Shown: positions 58,733 through 64,000 of the stretch, one piece after another
Position numbering within the stretch: position 1 is the stretch's first letter
Layout of the letters: each line of letters begins with the position of its first letter
DNA from: Candidatus Saccharimonadia bacterium
GTDB lineage: Bacteria; Patescibacteriota; Saccharimonadia; UBA4664; SCTI01
Assembly (NCBI GenBank): GCA_046597065.1
Contig: JBKJLI010000003.1
Coordinates: 72,219-136,218, forward strand
Length of the DNA stretch: 64,000 bases
Direction: 5' to 3'
Position numbers and translations under genes: made by a program
The notes under the pieces: generated by a model
What the model was told of the DNA's origin: nothing
Databases searched by the model: none
Seen by the model: the letters and a program-made list of their open reading frames with translations, nothing else

Positions 58733-58834
58733 TCAGACCTTCTGCAGGAGCAGCAGGCCGATGATCGCGGATGCAACCAGGGCACCAATGTACCCGGGGT
58801 GGTCCATGAAGTAATTGTCGATGCGATTACGCAT
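58733..58834 (-). CDS. 33-aa single-TM peptide MRNRIDNYFMDHPGYIGALVASAIIGLLLLQKV
   Basis: AAGGAGG SD; TTGACT-17-TATCAT promoter at 58931-58959. Confidence 0.55.
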   Translation of the reverse strand: MRNRIDNYFMDHPGYIGALVASAIIGLLLLQKV

Positions 58835-59000
58835 CAGACCCTCCTTGGTCGGTTCCACGAACAAATTTGTTCGTGTTTGGTTGTCAGAAGATGGGCTAAC
58901 CATCTCAGTACATCTCGAAAGATAAGCCCAATGATACCACTAAAGCTTATAATAGTCAATAGCTCAACAGATGATGCGCCTTCTTGGTATACTGAAACTC

Positions 59001-59900
59001 ATGCCAGAGTTACCAGAAGTTGAAACCATTCGCCGCGGCCTCAGCCAAACCATCGTTGGGCTGGCGATTGTTGACGTCGAAGCACTACACCCCAAATCTC
59101 TGCAGGCTCGAGCTGAGCTAGTTGATGAAGAGGCGATTGGGGCGATCATCACTGGCTTGGAGCGCTACGGCAAAGTACTGGTTATAAACCTAAGTTCGAA
59201 TTACAGCTTGCTGATACATCTTAAGATGACCGGCCAGATGGTATTGGTGCGAAAAGACGGCGATCGTTATGCCGGCGGCCACCCTACCAAGAGCATGGCC
59301 GATGATTTGCCCGACAAAAGCACAAAAGTAATATTTCGACTATCGGATGGCAGTACGTTGTACTTTAATGATCAGCGCATTTTTGGATGGATAAAGTTAG
59401 TACCAACCGTGGATGTGCCTCGTGACGCTTTAATTTCTCGTTTGGGGCCAGAGCCTCTGACCAAACTCTTTGAGTTAAAGCCGTTTGCGGAGATATTGGC
59501 TCGGCGCCCAAAATCGCCGATTAAGGCCGTCATTCTTGATCAGTCTACGGTCGCCGGCGTAGGCAACATTTACGCCGATGAGTCACTGCATTTGGCTAAA
59601 ATACACCCCGCCATCATGGCAGGCGAGCTCAAGCCTGCTCAGATCAAACGATTATACGAGGCCATCAAAACCATAATTGCCCTGGGCGTTAAACACGGCG
59701 GCACCAGCTTTACTAGTTACGTTGACGCCCTGGGCGGCACCGGTGATTATCTGCATCACGCACGGGTGTTTCGCCGCCAAGGACAAACCTGCCCGGTATG
59801 TGGAACCGTTATTATTAAAACTCGTGTAGCCGGTCGTGGCACCCACCTGTGCCCCAAGTGCCAACCAATTCCGCGGGTTGTAGCAGGAGCAATAGAATGA
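59001..59900 (+). CDS. mutM: Formamidopyrimidine-DNA glycosylase
   Basis: MPELPEVET start (catalytic Pro2), HLKMTG, GVGNIYADE, C-terminal zinc finger. Confidence 0.96.
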   Translation: MPELPEVETIRRGLSQTIVGLAIVDVEALHPKSLQARAELVDEEAIGAIITGLERYGKVLVINLSSNYSLLIHLKMTGQMVLVRKDGDRYAGGHPTKSMADDLPDKSTKVIFRLSDGSTLYFNDQRIFGWIKLVPTVDVPRDALISRLGPEPLTKLFELKPFAEILARRPKSPIKAVILDQSTVAGVGNIYADESLHLAKIHPAIMAGELKPAQIKRLYEAIKTIIALGVKHGGTSFTSYVDALGGTGDYLHHARVFRRQGQTCPVCGTVIIKTRVAGRGTHLCPKCQPIPRVVAGAIE

Positions 59901-60850
59901 TCTTCTTTTTTTACGGTCCCAACAGCTTCGGTGCCCGGCAACAGATTGCCAAGTTAACCAAACAGTACATCGGTAAAACCGGCAGCGACATGGGCCTTGA
60001 ACGTATTGATGGTGCCCGCATAACCATTGGTGAGCTTCAGTCTAGCCTGCAAGCCTCGCCATTTTTGGCCACCAGCCGTTTGGTTATAGTCGAGGATCTT
60101 GGCGCCAATAAAGCAGTCGCGCCCAAAATTGCAGCTATTGCTACGGGAATACCCAACACTACCGTGGCAGTATTTTATGATCCGTCTGTCGACCAACGGA
60201 CAACCTACTTTAAAGACATCAAAGCGATCGCAAAGGTGGTGGAGTTCGGGGAGCTTGATCGTGGCAAACTGCAGCGCTGGATTGCACAAACCGTAGAAGA
60301 CCACAATGCCACCATTGAGCGCCCAGCAGTTGGCCGCTTACTAGAGCGCGCTGGCGATGACCAGTGGCGGCTCAGCACCGAAATTTCCAAACTGGCCGAG
60401 TATGCCAACCCCATCACCGTTGCAGCAGTAGAGGAGCAGGTAGAACTTAGCCCCACCGATAGTGTTTTTGATTTGGCCGAAGCAGTGACAGCCGGCCACC
60501 AATCTGTTGCTCTCGAAATTTACGCTAATCTACGCCATGCCGGCAACCATGAAACCTACATTTTAAGCATGCTAATTTGGCAGATGCGTAATTTGATAAT
60601 GGCCAAAGCTGCCGGTAAAATCAGCGCCCCGGCCTTGGCCAAAACCGCCAGTATGTCGCCGTATGTGGCCTCTAAAATGCTGGCCAAGCGCCATCTGTTT
60701 AATGAGTCTGCCTTAAAGCAGTCATTTTTACAGGCGGTAGATCTGGATTATCGGATTAAAACCGGTGACATCGACGCTAATCTTGGGGTCGAACAGCTGA
60801 TTGTCGAACTCAGTCAGCGTTTTCAGGCAGGCGCTAATCGCCGCTCTTAA
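59897..60850 (+). CDS. holA: DNA polymerase III delta subunit
   Basis: MIFFFYGPN, SPFLATSRLVIV, LSTEISKLA, VFDLAEAV, DYRIKTG. Confidence 0.88.
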   Translation: MIFFFYGPNSFGARQQIAKLTKQYIGKTGSDMGLERIDGARITIGELQSSLQASPFLATSRLVIVEDLGANKAVAPKIAAIATGIPNTTVAVFYDPSVDQRTTYFKDIKAIAKVVEFGELDRGKLQRWIAQTVEDHNATIERPAVGRLLERAGDDQWRLSTEISKLAEYANPITVAAVEEQVELSPTDSVFDLAEAVTAGHQSVALEIYANLRHAGNHETYILSMLIWQMRNLIMAKAAGKISAPALAKTASMSPYVASKMLAKRHLFNESALKQSFLQAVDLDYRIKTGDIDANLGVEQLIVELSQRFQAGANRRS

Positions 60851-61028
60851 GTAAAGCTAGTAGTCGCTCAACCTCGGCCAATTTTTCTTGTATTCGATTT
60901 AACTCGCCACGAGCCAGCCAAATATTATCCGGTGTGGTGGCATAATCACGTAAAATTTTAAGATGTTCACCAAGCTCGGCGGTTAGTTCAATCACCTGAG
61001 CGCGGGACTCGTCGCCGCTAGTTTTCAT
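60834..61028 (-). CDS. Small helical hypothetical protein
   Basis: ATG 7 nt after TAAACT; amphipathic helices. Confidence 0.45.
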   Translation of the reverse strand: MKTSGDESRAQVIELTAELGEHLKILRDYATTPDNIWLARGELNRIQEKLAEVERLLALLKSGD

Positions 61029-61057
61029 ACTTGCTAGTTTATCAGATCTGGGGATGG

Positions 61058-61447
61058 CTACTTGGTGGCTTTGGGCTTGGTAGCGGCTTTGGCCGGCTTT
61101 TTAGCCGCAGCCTTGGGAGCGGCCTTTTTGGCGGCGGGCTTAGCGACTGCCTTTTTTACGACCGGCTTGGGCTTGCCACCAGTTAAAATTAACGGGTTAG
61201 CGGCGCGGGTTAACTGCGACTTGCGTCGTGCGGCGGTATTACGGTGAATGGTACCTTTTTTAACCGCGCGGTCGATTTCGCTGATAGCCTCGCGCAAGCG
61301 TTCATGGGTCAGCTTGGCGTCACCAGCCTCAACAGCAACCTGAAACAGCCGCACATCCTCGTGGATAGCGCGCTTAATCTGGAGGTTACGGCTGCGGCGC
61401 TTGGCCGACTGCCGGACTCGCTTAATGGCTGAAGCAATAATCGGCAT
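61058..61447 (-). CDS. rpsT: 30S ribosomal protein S20 with Lys/Ala-rich tail
   Basis: MPIIASAIKRVRQ...IDRAVKKGTIHRNTAARRKS. Confidence 0.93.
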   Translation of the reverse strand: MPIIASAIKRVRQSAKRRSRNLQIKRAIHEDVRLFQVAVEAGDAKLTHERLREAISEIDRAVKKGTIHRNTAARRKSQLTRAANPLILTGGKPKPVVKKAVAKPAAKKAAPKAAAKKPAKAATKPKATK

Positions 61448-61591
61448 AACTCGCAAAACTATACCTGAAAAGTGGGGGACTGTAAAGATAAACTTTGGGG
61501 CGATTTGCTGAGCCACATAAGCATAAGCGATGTACCAGATCTTGACAGATGGGGCAAAATGAGCTATTATATTCAATTCTAAGTCAAACCT

Positions 61592-62713
61592 ATGGATAAA
61601 GAACTAACTCCCAAACAACAGACCTCAGAGGCCCTGCGCCAAGCCGAAACCGTGCTGATTTTAACCGGTCAGCACCCGTCGGTGGATCAAGTCGCCTCCG
61701 CCACCGCTTTGGGGTCGATCCTACGTAAGTTTGGTAAAAAGGCCACCACCGTAATTAGCGATGAGATACCGGCCACCGCTCGCTTTCTGCCCTTAACTGG
61801 TGTTAGCTCTCAGCTCGAAGGCCTACGTGATTTTATTGTTAGCCTTGATATGCGCCAGTCACAAGTTGACCAGGTTAAATATAGTATTTCCAACCAAAAG
61901 CTAAATATTCAGGTTACACCTTATACCGGAGGATTTACCCAAAAAGATGTTAGCTATAGCCATGGAGACTACCACTTTGATTTAGTCGTTGTACTTGGGG
62001 TAGCAAGCTACTCGCGGATTGATCGCGTTTACGCCCATAATGCCGAACTGCTCCGGACCATCCCGCTAATAAACATCGATTATCACCGTAGCAACGAACA
62101 GTTTGGCGCCATTAACCTGATTGAGCCAACCGCCGCTAGTTTGGGTGAAATTCTAATTGCGCTTTCTGAATCGCTGCAAAGTGGGATGATAGATGCCGAT
62201 ATTGCCACCACCATGCTGGCCGGGATTATGTCGGCAACCGACCGCTTTACTGCAAGCCACACCACCGCCAAAGCGCTGACCGTGGCGGCTCAAATGATTG
62301 CCATGGGAGCCGATCAGCCGGCAGTTGTCCGGGGTTTATATCGCAACCCTAAGCCGGCTAGTAACCAGGCTCAACCAGCTCGCGAAAAGCCGCCGGTTGC
62401 CACTCAGCCTGCACCACAGCCAAAGGTTGATATCAAGCCTGAGGTCACAGTTACACCCGAAGCACAGGTTACTTCAGCGCCCCTAACCGAAGACGGCCCC
62501 AGTTTTGAAGAAGTTGAACCTTTTGGTCCAGAAGTTGATTTTGGTGATTCACAAGCCAACCTGCCCTTAGCTGATGAAGCCCCCAGCCATTCGCTGCTAG
62601 AGCCGTTGGTTAATCATGAGCCAATAGAGAAAATAACGGCTACTGAAACGCTATCGGCTGTTAAAGCTCCTAACCCAACCAACAACCCAGTACTGATTGA
62701 TCGCTCTAACTGA
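61592..62713 (+). CDS. DHH-superfamily (NrnA-like) protein with degenerate motifs and Pro-rich tail
   Basis: HPSVD, INIDYHRSNEQFG, ATTMLAGIMSATDRF. Confidence 0.7.
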   Translation: MDKELTPKQQTSEALRQAETVLILTGQHPSVDQVASATALGSILRKFGKKATTVISDEIPATARFLPLTGVSSQLEGLRDFIVSLDMRQSQVDQVKYSISNQKLNIQVTPYTGGFTQKDVSYSHGDYHFDLVVVLGVASYSRIDRVYAHNAELLRTIPLINIDYHRSNEQFGAINLIEPTAASLGEILIALSESLQSGMIDADIATTMLAGIMSATDRFTASHTTAKALTVAAQMIAMGADQPAVVRGLYRNPKPASNQAQPAREKPPVATQPAPQPKVDIKPEVTVTPEAQVTSAPLTEDGPSFEEVEPFGPEVDFGDSQANLPLADEAPSHSLLEPLVNHEPIEKITATETLSAVKAPNPTNNPVLIDRSN

Positions 62714-62725
62714 TACAGTTAGTTC

Positions 62726-63409
62726 ATGAATTCTCATGATCCTAGTGGCATGCTGCTGATAGACAAGCCAGCTGGCATTAGCTCGTTCGATATCATTCGA
62801 AAACTCCGAACCCAAACCGGGCTGCGCAAGTTCGGCCATGCTGGCACTCTTGATCCGGCCGCTACCGGCCTGATGATTATTTTGGTTGGTTCGGCCACCA
62901 AACAAGCTACTAAATTAATTGGTTTAGATAAAACTTATATTGGCGAAATAACTCTTGGCCTGACTTCATCGACCGGAGATAGAGAGGGGGAGCTTAGTCC
63001 GGTTTCGGATATTCGGCCCAGCCAAACGCAAGTTATAGCGGCACTGGCCTCATTTAAGGGCGAAATCACCCAAACTCCATCGCAGTATTCGGCCATCAAG
63101 ATCCGTGGGCAGGAGGCCTATAAACGAGCTCGTAAGGGTGAGAAGTTTGAAATGCCGAGTCGAGTTGTGCAAATTCGAACAATCGAGTTGCTCAGTTATA
63201 TCTACCCCAAAATATCGTTCTGCACCGAAGTTTCAAGTGGCACCTATATCCGCAGTCTAGCCGCCGATATTGGCAGTCAGCTTGGTACTGGCGCTTATCT
63301 TAGCGCACTTAAGCGCACCACTATTGGGCCCTACCAACTTGAGCAAGCCCATACATTAGATCAGATCGATGCAAGTAGCCTTAATAACTATTTAATGAAA
63401 TTTCTATAA
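62726..63409 (+). CDS. truB: tRNA pseudouridine-55 synthase
   Basis: GHAGTLDPAATG, SAIKIRG, SGTYIRSLA. Confidence 0.96.
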   Translation: MNSHDPSGMLLIDKPAGISSFDIIRKLRTQTGLRKFGHAGTLDPAATGLMIILVGSATKQATKLIGLDKTYIGEITLGLTSSTGDREGELSPVSDIRPSQTQVIAALASFKGEITQTPSQYSAIKIRGQEAYKRARKGEKFEMPSRVVQIRTIELLSYIYPKISFCTEVSSGTYIRSLAADIGSQLGTGAYLSALKRTTIGPYQLEQAHTLDQIDASSLNNYLMKFL

Positions 63410-63534
63410 GCTTAGACTTTCTATTTTACGCCCATTAGAACAGAAGAAATAGACTTGTTAGTACGGTTTATGTTCGGTAACATAGACGCTAAAGAGGTCA
63501 ATAAGATACAATTAACACCAATAAAGGATGGCTT

Positions 63535-63807
63535 ATGGCGCTAACCGCAAATGACCTCAACCAAATCAAAATCGGAATTGCTGATGTTACTGAACCGCAG
63601 TTTGCCGACACCAATCATAAGATAGATCTTAAGTTTGGCCAGTTACGTAGTGATCTTGATAATCTTTCGTCGGCAACCAATCGCAAATTCCATGCCTTGT
63701 TTACCGATGTAGCCATGAACCGAGAGGATTTACACGTGGTTAAGCAGTTGGTTACCGAACACGGTTTTCGGATTGCTCGTCTTGAGAATAAACCGCCGAG
63801 CGAATGA
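63535..63807 (+). CDS. Small coiled-coil hypothetical protein
   Basis: AAAGGA SD; MALTANDLNQI...RIARLE. Confidence 0.55.
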   Translation: MALTANDLNQIKIGIADVTEPQFADTNHKIDLKFGQLRSDLDNLSSATNRKFHALFTDVAMNREDLHVVKQLVTEHGFRIARLENKPPSE

Positions 63808-63856
63808 GCCGCTTAAGGTTGCAATCACATCAAGAAATTGATACAATTCTCGGACA

Positions 63857-64000
63857 ATGTTGAAGACAGACCACAAAAACAAGGTTATTTCGGCCAACCA
63901 AACTCACAAGAAGGACACCGGTTCACCCGAGGTTCAGATTAGTATTTTTACGACCCAAATTACCGAACTAACCAAGCACTTGCAGACCCACAAAAAAGAT
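63857..64000 (+). CDS. rpsO: 30S ribosomal protein S15, runs off window end
   Basis: [32 protein letters not shown]...HLQTHKKD. Confidence 0.93.
   Translation, partial: MLKTDHKNKVISANQTHKKDTGSPEVQISIFTTQITELTKHLQTHKKD

Noticed and set aside
61058-61200. Lys/Ala repeat tail of S20 as a novel repeat element
   Set aside because: Low-complexity PAKK-type tails are common on ribosomal proteins in these lineages.

Overview
64 kb of a small-genome bacterial chromosome. The gene content (PrgI + two VirB6-like genes + 8 tandem VirB2-like pilins, tandem FemX-like genes, tRNA-Arg(GCG), compact housekeeping genes) points to a Patescibacteria/CPR, probably Saccharimonadia-like, episymbiont using the standard genetic code; this taxonomy is an inference. 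Core genes include valS, tsaD, murE, groES/EL with a CIRCE box, dnaG-rpoD, polA, mutM, holA, rpsT, truB and rpsO, plus all four tRNA-Ser isoacceptors. An ~18 kb element (28856-46913) sits at the 3' end of tRNA-Ser(GGA), bounded by the direct repeat CTCCGCCAGT. It carries a large serine recombinase, two tandem paralogous terminase large subunits and a small subunit but no recognisable portal, capsid or tail, two DNA methyltransferases, HNH, LexA-like and XRE regulators, a GC-rich pyrD-pyrF-pyrE operon (pyrE has one in-frame TGA), and a complete diversity-generating retroelement (target VR 42999-43123, TR 43501-43625, 21 mismatches all at TR adenines, Avd antisense to and overlapping the RT). 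Outside the element are several promoter-to-terminator units that look like large structured RNAs with paired 5' and 3' ends, some with a small SD-led ORF (about 10.2-11.0, 24.5-25.1, 25.2-25.8, 48.2-48.6 and 58.4-58.9 kb), three copies of a variant parS palindrome, an orphan ParB-like gene, and an Rpf + lytic transglycosylase pair behind a structured leader. Core genes appear largely leaderless, while the GC-rich accessory units use -35/-10 promoters, long leaders and strong SD sequences. All structures were read by eye; no folding or database search was run.
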